A DNA stretch of 41,329 nucleotides from Jimgerdemannia flammicorona (lineage: Eukaryota). This document shows positions 12,830 through 25,545 of this stretch, piece after piece (within the stretch, counting starts at the first letter, position 1; each line of letters opens with the position of its first letter). The stretch is taken from assembly GCA_003990765.1 (NCBI GenBank), contig RBNJ01000109.1:1-41329 (forward strand), given 5' to 3'. Both the position numbers and the translations under genes were made by a program. Under the pieces are notes generated by a model. It made no database searches and was not told where the DNA came from. It was given only the letters and a program-made list of their open reading frames with translations.

Positions 12830-14720
12830 TCAATCTAACTCATATATAATGCAAGAGTCTCACCTCTACTCAATCTTCTTAAGAAGACCCCCTCTGACAC
12901 TTTTATAATTAAAGACTACTAAGCCATTAATCATCACAACTCTCCCTCTATTCTTCTTATAAATCTCCTTTACTAGATAATAATAATAGTCTCCCTGAAG
13001 CTCCACCCCACCTATATTCTGAACAAAACATCCCCCACCGACCCTTCTTACTATAGTAGACACTCCTTTAAACTCATCTGTCTACTCTTCTCAAATATAT
13101 ATAGCCTATAGCTAGTCAGATTCCACCCAAACTGTTAAGACCCTCTTAATAGTAAGCTATTCATTACTAATACATCTCACCAACTATTCTTATAAATTCT
13201 CCTACTGACTTTGCTTGCTATCTGTCTTTCTTACCACTCTTAGATAGTTTCTAATTATTATTCAGAAGTCTCTAAAATCTCACATTCACTCAGTCAATAT
13301 TTAGACATTTGTACAAAACTCTCTTTTGCTCTATATTAAAGTACTCTTTATAATTAAAGATCCTGCCATCTACCAAATAACTCAACCTAAAGTTCAGTAT
13401 GATATTTCTCCTCAATAGATACTACTACACTACTCAGAACTTCAGAGAAAGTCACTAATATACCTCTTTACTTTAGGACCAGATAACTGCTCAGTTCTAC
13501 TACTTACTAATTCTAGCTATCTGCTATCTAACAGACTACAAATCCTGGCCCATTTATTAGTACTCTATATCAGCATCGAGATTAAAGTTAACTAGTAGAG
13601 AACAATCTAACAGAAGTCTATTCCATCTCCATATTACTGGACCTCAATCTAAATCACTCTCAGCACTATATTAATAAAATCAATACAATGAGTACCCTCT
13701 GCTACCTCTACCATAAGCTCTTAAACCACAAGTGCTAACTGCCACTCTGTTCTACCAATTTTAGTAGATTACCTAAAGAGCCCCTAGGAGAGAATCTCAC
13801 CTCCCAAACCTTCTGTTGTAGTGATACCCATCTATCTCTCTATAGTTCAATAGCTTGCTTCAATTATTAAACTCTTAAGCAATATAGCCTCTTAGAAAAG
13901 TCTACCTATCTAAGGTCTCTCCTATCTACTAGTAATGTCAAGACCTCCTAATCTATCTGATACTACCCTCTAGCCCAGATCTAATTCTTTCTTTACTATC
14001 TATATATACTAGATACTATGACTTTAGTAATCAGTAAATATTCAATATCAACACCTGTTCTACCAGAGAGATGTAATGTCCCTCTTAGCTCTGAAGAGCT
14101 TTTCTCCAAATAACTATCTTTCTCTTTCATATAAGATAGACTCATAAGATACCTAGCTACTATATAGTCTCTCCTACAGGAATAAATGTTTCAATAATAT
14201 TCCCTCTTACTAAACTATTCCCCAGTACTATTATCTCACACTTATACCAGTTGAGCTTTGTTCTAGAGTACTCTTTATACTATTCTACAGCCTCTCTCAA
14301 TAATCCAACATCAGTGATAGAGCTAAGGCCAATTACTATATTATCAGCAAAGATCCCAATCTTTTAGACTATTCTATAAATTAAGAGTCCAGCCACTCTA
14401 TAATAATTCTGTCCATTAATAGTTCTAGCAATAGAGTATATTGAATAGGAGACAATAGATCCTCTGAAAAATCTCTCTTCTTAATGAAAAAGTGACACTA
14501 TGATAATTATTGCACAAAAGTACTACTCAGCTACTTTCTAGTAAACTGATTATTAAAACTTAGGATGGATAAGAAATACTAATCTAGTCTAGTATATATC
14601 TTCTCTAACTATATCTGTTAGATATAATCATATATCTTTTCCTAATCTAGGAAGACCAATCTCCTATTTAGCCTACTTGCTCTTATTTCCTTAATCATAT
14701 CATATACCTATATATAAATA
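12830..14720 (-). mobile_element. Highly degenerate LINE RT and 3' region, related to 2311-8161
   Basis: Minus strand KIGIFADNIVIGLSSITD (about 14310-14362) matches KVGAFADDMVVGLGSIAD. A decayed QGDPLSP-like motif lies near 14450-14480. Boundaries approximate. Confidence 0.75.
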
Positions 14721-16146
14721 TTCTCTATACTAAGTATATTATAATCTCAGCTCTGCTTTTTCCAAATATAAAAATAAAGTAATATTCTTATTATAAAAAA
14801 TTCTCAGATTCAACTTATTAATAATTTCAATCCTAATCAACTTGAGATATAAGTATAATACTTCTACCAGTATAAGGATCTCAAAGTAATATCTAGACTT
14901 AGCAATATTAGATAATTAGAACTCAGTACTTTTTCAAGAACTCAGAAGTATAGTCAATAGTCACTATTAATTATTTGCAATATAATAATTTTATTGGCAT
15001 ATAGTTTTATTATATAACAATTTAAAATTAGAAATAATTAAAAAGAAAAAAATTAAAAAAAAAATATATTTGGTTTAAAAAACAAAAAAAAATATAATAA
15101 GAGAGAATTTCTAATATTGTTATTAAATAATAATAAGAGAAAAATAAGAAAGATATTATAGATTATTATAAATTAAAGTATATTAAAAAAGAAAAAATTT
15201 AAAGTCTAGTTATATTTGTTAAAAATAATATATTTTAGCTATAAGATCAAATTAAGAAATATTAAAATTAATCTAATATTGATCTAAAAAATTTTACAAG
15301 ATATTATAAAACCTATTATTATAAAAATTTATCTATAATAATATATATTATTATACATATTATAGATAAAATATTTAAATATTTATAGTATATAATATAT
15401 TTTATATAAATATATAGAAATAATAAGTAGAATTTTTTATAATATTTTTTCTTAATATTAAGATAATCTAACTTTAATATTCTATTAATAATAATTAATT
15501 AGTTTTGTTATAAAATATAGTTTACTAAATATATAAACTATACTATATATATATATATATAACTAAATAGTATAACTGTTATCAAATCTTATATCTATTT
15601 ATATATATCAAAATAGTTATATAGTTATTAATAATTAATTAAAATAATCTTTATATTATAATAATTAGATCAATTATAATATATAATATTAAAAATTTAT
15701 ATGGTGAATTTTTTTAAATACATATAACTTATACCAAATTTTGACTCTATATAATAATAATTCTTTATTTTAAAGTTATAGAGAGTTTTAAAAAAAAATT
15801 ATATTAAGATTCTAACTCTGTCAAGTCAAGCTGAGAATTATTCTACAGAATTAATTTTAAATATAAATTTTTCTCTTTATGTTCCATTAATTAAAAGGTT
15901 AACGCTAGCACATGACAACCACTCTATGTGTTTCACGCGCTTAGCCCCCCTAATTTATGACTCCAATTTGTACAAGTCACACGTGATAAATGTTTTCACA
16001 GACAACCTAACAAAGCGGCAAGCCAACTATACATAATCCAAGTATATTACTTTCTTTCTACACTCCCTATACTTCCTCTTTGATCTTTGGGGGCTTCTGA
16101 CTCATTATTAGGACTTTACCAACGTCTTTTATAGACCTCATCTACA

Positions 16147-19100
16147 ATGACGACAACTACTATAAAGCTCTTCTGTCTTGTCCGTGGTGATGACCCACGC
16201 CGTACCTTCACTGTTCAAGTTACCAAAACTGACACGGTCCGCGACCTTAAGAAGTTGGTGAAGGCAGAGAAGGCACACAAGTTGGATAACTTTGACGCTG
16301 ACGAGCTCACACTCTGGAGGGTCAACATTTCGAAGGACGACCTTGCCAAGCTCAGCTCCAACTTTGACATAAAAGACGACGGAATCGAGCTGTCACCCTT
16401 TGCCGAAATTCAAGATATCTTTCCTGAAGGCCCTGCATCAAAGCACCTGGACATTGTTGTCGAGATGCCATTGGTGTTCACTAGTAAGTATCAGACTTTA
16501 TCGAAAACATTCGAGTATTATTCTGATTTGATAGGGTAGAGAGCCTCATTGATTTCAATTACCACTAGACTTCATTTCTAACTGCTCAATCCCCCGCACA
16601 CAGATGCCCCGTCTGAACCATCATTTCCTCAAACTGGAGATCGTATCATTGAAGGTATGCTAGGACTCTTGATTGTTATTGCATTGTTGCTGCTCTAATT
16701 CATCCGCAGAAGTGTGGCATTTTTGCCATATTGTGTGGTAGTATAGTGTTCATCTCCATTAGTATAATGATATCTTTTTGTCTAAATCCGGCAATTATTT
16801 CTTCTCATCTATATTTCCCATTGCTATACCCGTTAACGTGCGGTTCAACGTTACCCGAAACATATCCTGCGATTTTCCAAGGTGCTAATTCATTTCGACA
16901 TTTTTATTGCTTGTTAAATTCTGTCTTTGGAATCACTATCCGTTTTCTTTTTCATATCGTCCGGCATATATATATCCCCCTTACTCATTCGTTTCCATAC
17001 ATCGATCCATTCCCTTGTCCCCACTATTATTCCATACCCCTACGCAAGGTACGACTCCTCGCTACGATGTTATCACATGCATTTTGACTCGTCCTAAACT
17101 AATGTTATACTCTTTCGTGTATAACTTTTGCCTTGTTCGTGAATTGCCCTTGGTCACTACTGGCAGCTCCCCAAGGTATGTCGTCAAACCATGTATAGTT
17201 GTATCCACATTCATCCATCTATGCTGCTCTTTGTACTACAGTTTTCCATACTTTCGTTAACTGCTCATTCTTACCATCCATCTATCCATAGCAACCGTAT
17301 TGAAGAGGAAGCTATATGAGACGTTCCTTCCACCTAGTAAGTCCGGTTTTTATTTTTAATAAACATAATCTCCAGCAGATATGGGCACTTCTGACCTACC
17401 GATTACTCGCAGAACGTCGCAGGTTCGCCGCTGGTGAGGCTTATCCGTTATTAAATTTTTTCATTGAACCTAAAATTCTCGAAAACCTTGGATCAAACCT
17501 CCTTCAACGGCAGTTCTGTCTTTTATTTGGGCACCGCCAGAGTGGCAAGACTACTACTACTTGTCAGGCGTTAGTGCAATGGTTCCACCAAAATCCGGAA
17601 AAGTTTAGAGAATTAGCCGGCGGTGACCAGGACGACTTCGCGATATATGTCGCAACCTTCGATAGCGCGGTTAGGGCTGATCAAGGGCCAAAGGTGTTCT
17701 GGCAAACTCTGTGCAGGAACATTTATTCTCTAGATGAAAGCCGACGTCAACGCGATACCGTGATGGATTCCGTAACTTTCAAGAATTTCTTTTCAAAACA
17801 CATTAATCCTTCGTCAAAGCCAGTAATTCTCATCATCGATGAAGCTTCGCGTCTGACTAGTGTGGGTGGTCGGACCATATCTGAAGCCACAAAGGAAGTT
17901 ACCGATGAATTCATCAGCGCGCTGCGGTCTCTCAGGAATGCCAATGATTACTCACTACATGCTGTTGCGCTCGTTGGCACCGAAAGTATTAGGGAGCTCC
18001 TGATCCCTCACAACAAACCTGGTTCTTCGTCTCAAGTCTCGCCGCTTACGAGTGACGCATCCTGGATGACTGACCGGTTTACGAAAGCAGAGGTCAAGGA
18101 GCTTTTTGATCAATTCGCTATGGATATAAACGTCGAGTTCGAATCAGCCGATATTTCAGCGGATATTTTCGATCTCACTCTTGGCCATAAAGGTCTCGTT
18201 GGCTGTTGCGGTTCTTATATTCAGCAAACATATGAAATTCAGACTGCTCCCATTAAAACGGCTGATGAATGGAAGAAGACAACTATCGTTGAACTACGGA
18301 GATATATATTAAATATGGAACATTATGAGTCTTTGATGCGATCTCTGGACAACCTCACACCGGAATGCAAGTCTATTCTTACTGAGGTTCTTCGTTACGG
18401 CACTCATGAAGTTAATACGGTAAGTTATTGGTTTTATTCATGATTTGGATCTTTAACCTGCAATTTATTCATTTTATTTTATTTAAAAAGAGAAAAGATG
18501 CTACAAAATATCTTCTTGCAGAAGGAATGGTATCTGTGAAAGAGGAAGGAGGGCTCAAGAGTGCTATAATCGAGTGCAGCGCTCCTATCCTCCGCGGTTT
18601 GATGCTTTCCTGCATAGCCCTACCTACAATTCGTCTATCTCAGAGTGTGCCGGATGAGAAAAAACTCGATCCTCAGTGGTTGTTGGCGCGCACAATTGAG
18701 GTGGGTTATACCGAAAATTGTTGGACAATATTGGCCGTTTTTTTTTTTTTTTTTTGACTGACTAAATACCTCTTTTTCTACAGAACTTGTGCGTTCGGCA
18801 CCTCTACTCTCTGCTGACCTTAAATAACGATGAAAATCCATCAGAATATGCCTTCCAAACCGAATTTGCCACTATCTTCAGGAATTTGGTCCCATTGGCA
18901 TACCCGCTCTTGCGATACCAAATTTTGGTGGAGGTTAGAGAGCGTGATGAATTTGGCCGTCGTGACCAACGACTAGACATTCTCGTCCGCAACGGTGATT
19001 CTCTACCTGCATACGGCTTCGAACTCGTCGTTGCAGCGAGCAAGAAAGAATTTGACAAGCACTGCGCGCGCGCCGAAAAATACGGAGAGCTCCATGGCTG

Positions 19101-19302
19101 CCAGATGTTTATGGTCAATCTCTGCCCCAAAGCCACGTTGCGTAAATATTTTGGAGAGCGCTCTTACGACTTGACTCCTGTGAATGTGGTCATTGATCTT
19201 GATCACGATGAGTGGAAGGGTATTATAGGATATGCAGAAATTGATGAACTTGTGTTGATTAATGGCTTCGAATGGAATATGCTGTTCAATATTAATGACT
19301 GA
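16147..19302 (+). CDS. Crinkler (CRN) family protein: ubiquitin-like header + P-loop NTPase + REase-fold C-terminus. Exons 16147-16483, 16604-16654, 17292-17336, 17413-18419, 18491-18700, 18784-19302 (2169 nt, 722 aa)
   Basis: N-terminus LFCLVRGD..F.V.V...TVRDLKKLVK...DADELTLWRV...HLDIVVEMP is the CRN header signature. Walker A GHRQSGKT, Walker B ILIIDEA. C-terminus SEYAFQTEF...RLDILV...GFELVV...H..RA.KY. All introns GT-AG and phases join without stops. Small exons 2-3 are less certain. Confidence 0.88.
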
Positions 19303-19539
19303 TGTGTAAAGTTAGTAGCAAACGTGTGCATGTAAATGATTGCTTTGGCTTATGAGTTCTGGTAAAGAAATGAGAACTGCTTAATTGTGTGCATAATTGT
19401 TTAACTATAAAGTGAGTTTTATATAGGACTATAAAGCTATCTAATTTGAAAGTGATGATTTTATACTTTATAATTACTAATATTAAGTATAAAACAATAT
19501 AATATTAAATAATACTATTCAATGATCTTATCTGATTTA

Positions 19540-19837
19540 TTTACTAATTTTTACAAATTAGATATATAATTTGATTTGAAATATTTATTCCAAATTTGAA
19601 ATATAATAACTCAATAGAAATATGTCTAAATATAATATTCTTTATTATACTAGATTCTTCATTATAAGGTATATTGAACAAGTTAAAATTCATTAAATTT
19701 AAATATGTTTTGGTGAAGTTATTGAATTTTGAAAATTAGATTCAAATTGGACTTTAAATTGAATTGGATCTTAATTTATTCTGAATTGAATCAAAATGAG
19801 CCTAAATTTAATTCAATCTAATTTATTCCAAGCACTA
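19540..19837. mobile_element. Degenerate relative of the hAT-type MITE (right end recognisable)
   Basis: Ends in ATTTATTCCAAGCACTA, similar to the MITE end ACTCATTCGGAGCACTA. Decayed GGATT/AATTC sub-terminal motifs and remnants of the internal inverted repeat. Left end and TSD not found. Confidence 0.45.
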
Positions 19838-19899
19838 CTTATATATAACTATATCATTTCTATATTATATCACTTAATATATAAAATTAATAGTAAACA

Positions 19900-21828
19900 A
19901 TACTCCTTCCTCTTTCAACTTCATATTTCTAACTAAGTTATTAAAAAGGTTATAATTCTCACTTAGTAACTAAGAAAACATCTCTCTAAGATATATACTA
20001 CTCTATATCAAGATATTATAAGAGACAAATTAAGAAGCTAGTAAATACAATGGGTATAAGTACTCTTAGAATAGATATGATAACTGTTATAGTACTTATG
20101 ACAAATATAAATATAGCTAAGAGATCAATTCCAATATTTGATAATAAGGATTATACTATTTGGATATTCTATATAAGTAATCTTCAGATGAGTATAGCTT
20201 GGTAGAATATATGAAACTATAAGTATACATTTAAGATTACAATACTATAAATAATTACTAAGTAATATAAGAGATCAATTTTACCCATATTATTAGAAGC
20301 TTATAATATATACTATAATAGTCTACAATGTGTAGAAGACTCTATAAAATTATTATAGATAAATATTCTTATCAAATTAGTTTTATATAAAATCTCAGCT
20401 ATTTAATCTAAAAAATAAAGCCTAAGAAGAGTATCTGTGAATATACTAATCACTATAATGATCTGGTAAATCAAGTGAATTATCTAAGTATATCAGCAGA
20501 GTATATCAGTAATAAAGACAAAGTTCTGAAAATTATAAGAGGTTTCTCCAAAGTATACAACATCATAGTAGTCACTATACATAAGATTGGAAAACTTATA
20601 GACTATGCTTATATAATAAAAAGTCTCATCAATGAAGAGATATATTAAGAAAATAGTAACAATAATAATGAGAAGATATTCTCTAGATTATGTAGATGAG
20701 ACAAGAAGTACTAATAAGAACAATAATATGAAATGTTAGATAGAAACTCTATTACTAAGCTAGTATAGACATATGTAAAGCAAATACTATTACAAAGTTA
20801 AGGAGAATAATGAAAATAAGCATAAAAGTCAATAATGGTAATGTGGGAGAAATAGAAAGAATTGAGAGAATAATAAAGAGCAATATAAGGCAAATACTAC
20901 TGAAACTAATAATAACTAGAGTGAAGATATATTTTACATATAAGCAATATATATCAAACATCTGGAGAAAATATCCATATCTATAACTAAGTTATATATT
21001 TTCATATTAGTGAAAAATAATAATATTAATATAAGCAAAGTATGTACTAATATAGCTAATAATAATAATATATAGCTAATGGATTCTGGTGCTATATAAT
21101 ACATAATGACCCACTGAGAATAATTTTCTATATATGAGCTATTTGAGTATCTAGTTCCAATTAAGTTAGATGATAATAATATTATATATCCTCAAGAAAG
21201 AGAAAATGTCAGTATATATCTTTATGAGAATATCTTAGAGCCCATTAGTATATTTCAGAATATACTATATACTCTGAAGATAAGCAAGAATTCCTTTTCA
21301 ATCAGCAAAATAATGGTCTGGGATAATAAGAAAATACATATATATCCAATAGAAGTAATAGTATATATATAGTTTAAAAAATAATAAAAAGATTATAATA
21401 GTATTGAAACAAGATAATCTTTATATGATCAATGGTATACTGAGTGGTATAAAAGCTTCTCTATATATAATAACTATATCTGATGTATTTAATATATATG
21501 TATTATCAATACTTAGAATATATAGAAATAGTTAGATGAGTAGATTATTGGTAATATATCCTGATGATAACTTTTATAAAAATTATACAACAGATATAAT
21601 ATATATCTAGTATACTCAATTTAATCCATATAGATATATATAGTCAATATATACTACTTTCTATAGAGAGAAGAGATATTTTATCATGTTTATCAATAAT
21701 TATACATATAAAGTATGTATGTACTTCTTGTTAACAATGAGTGAAGTCTTGGATAAATTTAAAGAGTTTAATAATTGTAGAAAATAAAACAAGATATAGA
21801 ATATACTTAGATAATATATATGAATATG
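19900..21828 (+). mobile_element. Ty1/Copia relic 2 (gag, protease, 5' integrase), same family as relic 1
   Basis: RSIPIFDNKDYTIWIFY..EYSLVEYMK (about 20120-20220) matches relic 1 gag; *LMDSGA protease at about 21073; EKRYFIMFINNY integrase at about 21670. Continues after the Gypsy as NSIFKQYLRKYNI (31913-31955). Confidence 0.8.
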
Positions 21829-23130
21829 TGTGATAAGCAAATAGTATAATATAGCCAGATGATGTGAACTCCTAGCATAGTATAGTTACTTATGCCTACT
21901 ATATTATAATTAGCCAGAATACCAAATCAGGGTTGTTTATTTGTATCCTGAGGACATATCTGACACACTCATGTCCTGCAGACACACTCATATCCTGTGG
22001 ACACACTTATGTACTGTGAATACACCCAAACATTACCAGAAATAGTAAATCTATAATTATCCAGATAGCAACCAGATAGCAACTACAATATATAAAATAT
22101 CTCAAAGACAAATATAAATAAACCTCAGTCTGAATTGAAGTATAAACCAAAGAGGTCTCTAAAGATTGAGCATTGGTCCCCTTTTCCCACTCTGGTCCAC
22201 TTTCTGATATAAAGAATGAGTCTGTTTTTGGTTCACTTGCCAGATAAGTCTGAAGATTTGCTGCCAAAAGTTCAAGTAAAGAACTTCACTGCAATTTGAG
22301 TAGTCTGCTGCTTAAGGAATAAGCTGCTGTTTTCAAGAAATCCACCATCTTGTCACAAAGCCAGTTTGTTGATGCAACTTCACAGTGAACTTATTCACAC
22401 AAATGAAGCCAGTCTCAATATAACTTGTCAAGAACCCACATTCCCAGAGAGCTCTTAAGGAACCTTGCCACAAGTCAGTCTTCTGAAGTAACTTCGCAGT
22501 AGAGCCAGTCCATCCAATATAACTCTGTGTAAATGAAGCCAGTCTTGATATAACTTGCCAAGAATCCACATCTGAGTTATCTGCCATCCCCAGAGAGCTG
22601 CCGATTAAGGAAGAATCTGTGACATCCGAGCTATTCATCCATTCCCAGTGAGCCCAATTCAGAAGAATCCACACCATCCTCTATTCCCAGTAAGCCACTG
22701 ATTCAGGAGAACCTGCACCAAATCAAGAAGTCTGCATAAAGAAGTCTGCCAAGATCGTCGTGCTACACAGAGATCATCATGCCAGAAATCGCATACTTTT
22801 GGAGATCGTCGTACTACACAGAGATCGCCTGTCACCCAAAGAAGAAAAACTGCTAAATTTCTAGACCGTCACATATACTGCACTACACACACACAAATCG
22901 CCGCTACACCCAAGAAACCATCCCATTAAGGAAATTGACACACAAATCGACTGCCACATGAACAGAGGAACTACTGTTGTATCCAGATTGACTATTATAC
23001 TACTAAACACCAAGGACCTCAGGAATCTTAGAATATTTTGTTACTTTTTGACAAAGTAACTGGGGGCTCAAGCCAAACTAAATCAACCCCCAACCTTGTA
23101 ATTTGCCTTCATTGAGCCAGGCACATTACA
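21829..23130 (+). repeat. 5' LTR (1302 bp) with 19-bp tandem CCTGTGGACACACTCATGT in U3
   Basis: Direct repeat of 30619-31907, TG...CA ends. Confidence 0.9.
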
Positions 23131-23132
23131 TT

Positions 23133-23150
23133 TGGGGGCTCAACTGGGAA
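23133..23150 (+). promoter_or_regulatory. Primer-binding site, tRNA-Pro type
   Basis: CA-TT-TGGGGGCTCAACTGGGAA right after the LTR, close to the known tRNA-Pro PBS TGGGGGCTCGTCCGGGAT. Confidence 0.8.
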
Positions 23151-23692
23151 GATTTTAAAATCCATATGACTTTTCAGCTTACAAGAACTCACAGTCAAAC
23201 TGGATACATTTGATACAACACCAATCTCTGCCACTATAGAAGAACCAGTCATCACTAGGATTTGGACAGAAAGAAAAGTAATTACCTCAAGACTTACTAA
23301 CTACTCAGCATCAGAAGGATCCCAACCAGAAGCCAGTATAGCCCGAAATCTTCAACCAGAGTCAACCAGACAATACAGGCAGTCCTGTTGGAAACTTTGA
23401 AGAACTTATATAAGAACTAGAAGATCTTATTTCATAAGCCTGACATTCTACAGCCAGATACCTCAGAGAGGTTCTACCAATCTCACCCATTGAACCTTTA
23501 TCACCAGCCCTTGTAGAATTAGAAATAGCTCCTTCAAGATAACTTAAGCTCATTCTACTTCATCTGAGGTCCATAATACTATCCTCAAGATACCCAAGCC
23601 CCCATCTCCAGTAATAGTTTGGAAAGTAAACCAGAGTCAGAATCTGAATCAGAATCCAGACCAGAACTAGAAACACAAAAAAGTGATAATAA

Positions 23693-25545
23693 AATGACCA
23701 TCCCATTGTCAATCTTTGCAGGATATCCAGAAGAAGATTCTAGAGAATTCCTTAATAGAATCAAGAGAATTTCAGTCCTGTAGAATCTCTCAGATGAAAG
23801 AAAAATTGCTATCTACAAGGCCTACCTCAGAGAACCAGCCAGAGGAATTTTCCACTGAGTAGCAAACGACTCACATTCAGAACTTGTAACAGAAATACAA
23901 GCAGTAGTATCTTATCAGTGAGAATACATAGCCATAGCCCACTGGCTCATCAAGAAGTATGCAGGAAATGAAGATGAACCTTAGAGAATCACCCAGAGCC
24001 TTCTTCACAAGAATTCAGAAGAGAATGTATACAGTCAGGTTCAATGTTATCAACTAAGACATTATAGATCCAATGACCTTTATGAATGGAATTCTCCTGA
24101 ACATTGCTCAGCATATCTGCACCTTAGGTATCAGAAGGTCCAAAGAGCAAGTAGATGTAGTCCAAGAATTCTTTGATATCAGATAAGGAACTACCTGGAG
24201 TGTCCTTGACAAGAAGGATGACAAAGAAGATATTCTGGTCAAAGCACTACAAGGACTCCTTCAAGAACAGAAAAGATCCAAAGAAAAAAGATCAGCCAAA
24301 GAAGAAAAGAAGGACAGAAATAAAATCCAAGACCTCAGTTCCAAGTTGGACTAATTGGTTAGATAGAATCAAAAACTCACCATACATAAAAATCAGAGTT
24401 TTCAATAAGACAACAGAGGATACCTACTACAAAGAAATCAAGGTTATCTACCCAGAGATAACAAGAGTTATAAGTAAGAGGAAAGAAGATACTCTGTATA
24501 GGACAAAGCCCAAGTTCAATGCTTCCACTGTAGACAATTCAGATACTATGCTACAGAATATAACAACAAAAGAAGTAACCAAAGGGAGTCAGAACTTCCA
24601 AACCAAAGGAATGGCATCAAATACAAGAAGACTGAGGCCCATCCTGTCAAATATTTTGAAGAAGAAAGTAATAGTGAAGACTACAGTGACCTGGACTTGT
24701 ATCCAGCCAAAGTCATTACCCAAAAAACAGTTTACTCAGCAGAGAAGAGGAAGAGACCTGAAGGAAGACTATGCAGAAATACCAGCAGAAGAATCTAAGA
24801 GAAAGATGAAGAACATAAAGAGGAGCAAGTAGAAATATCTCCTAGATCTCTCTCACCTTTTGTTTCTGAAACAAATGAACTACCTCTAGAGAATGAAGAA
24901 ATGGAGCAAAAAGAATGGGAACCTGCTGCCTCAAAGCCCAAGAAGAAGTATACCCCAAAGACTATATTCAGAGACATCTACATTGAAGTCTGGCAAAATA
25001 TTCAAGAAGCCAAGATGGAAGTTCCTCTTCTGCAGTTCCTGTAACTGACACCAGCTAGAGTCTGAAATAAATTGCTGGAGACCACCAGGTCTAGTGCTGG
25101 CCAAGTCTCTATCCTACAGCAAGAACCAGCTTCCACCCCTATTCAGGCTGTAGAGAGATATATCAGCACCTATTTATATAGAGATATTAGAGGACAAAAG
25201 GTGAAAATCCTCATAGATATAGAAGCAGCTATCTGTGTTATTGCTAAATAATTTCTAGATACCCTCCAATGGCCCATTGATGGACCATCCAACCTCAGCA
25301 TCATAGTAGCAGATGGAGCCTGAACTCAACCTCTTGGAGAAGTATGAAACATCACCATCTCTCTTGGATACATTCAGTTCTCCATTCTGAAAGCTGTTGT
25401 CACTAAAACTATCATCTATAATATGATCCTTGACACCAACTAGATAAAGGAAATAAATGCAATTATTGATATTGATCAATAAGTACTTAAGTTTGACTAC
25501 CAAGATAAGAAGTATAGAGTTAAAGTGACCAGCTATAAGCAATCA
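23693..25545 (+). pseudogene. Gypsy gag + aspartic protease (copy 1)
   Basis: IFAGYPEED.REFL, decayed knuckle CFHCRQFRYYATEY (about 24520-24560), ILIDIEAA (DTGA in copy 2) at about 25207. Confidence 0.85.

Noticed and set aside
14720-14990. Possible hAT C-terminal dimerisation remnant (YLDLAIL)
   Set aside because: Too degraded; the diagnostic WW and SERxFS motifs cannot be read.
15700-15880. Weak inverted similarity to 32040-32170, suggesting a giant element around the CRN
   Set aside because: Short matches in very AT-rich DNA with no defined termini or TSD.
16731-17260. Two hydrophobic ORFs of about 118 aa
   Set aside because: Lie in pyrimidine-rich CRN intron 2, have non-ATG starts and show no motifs.
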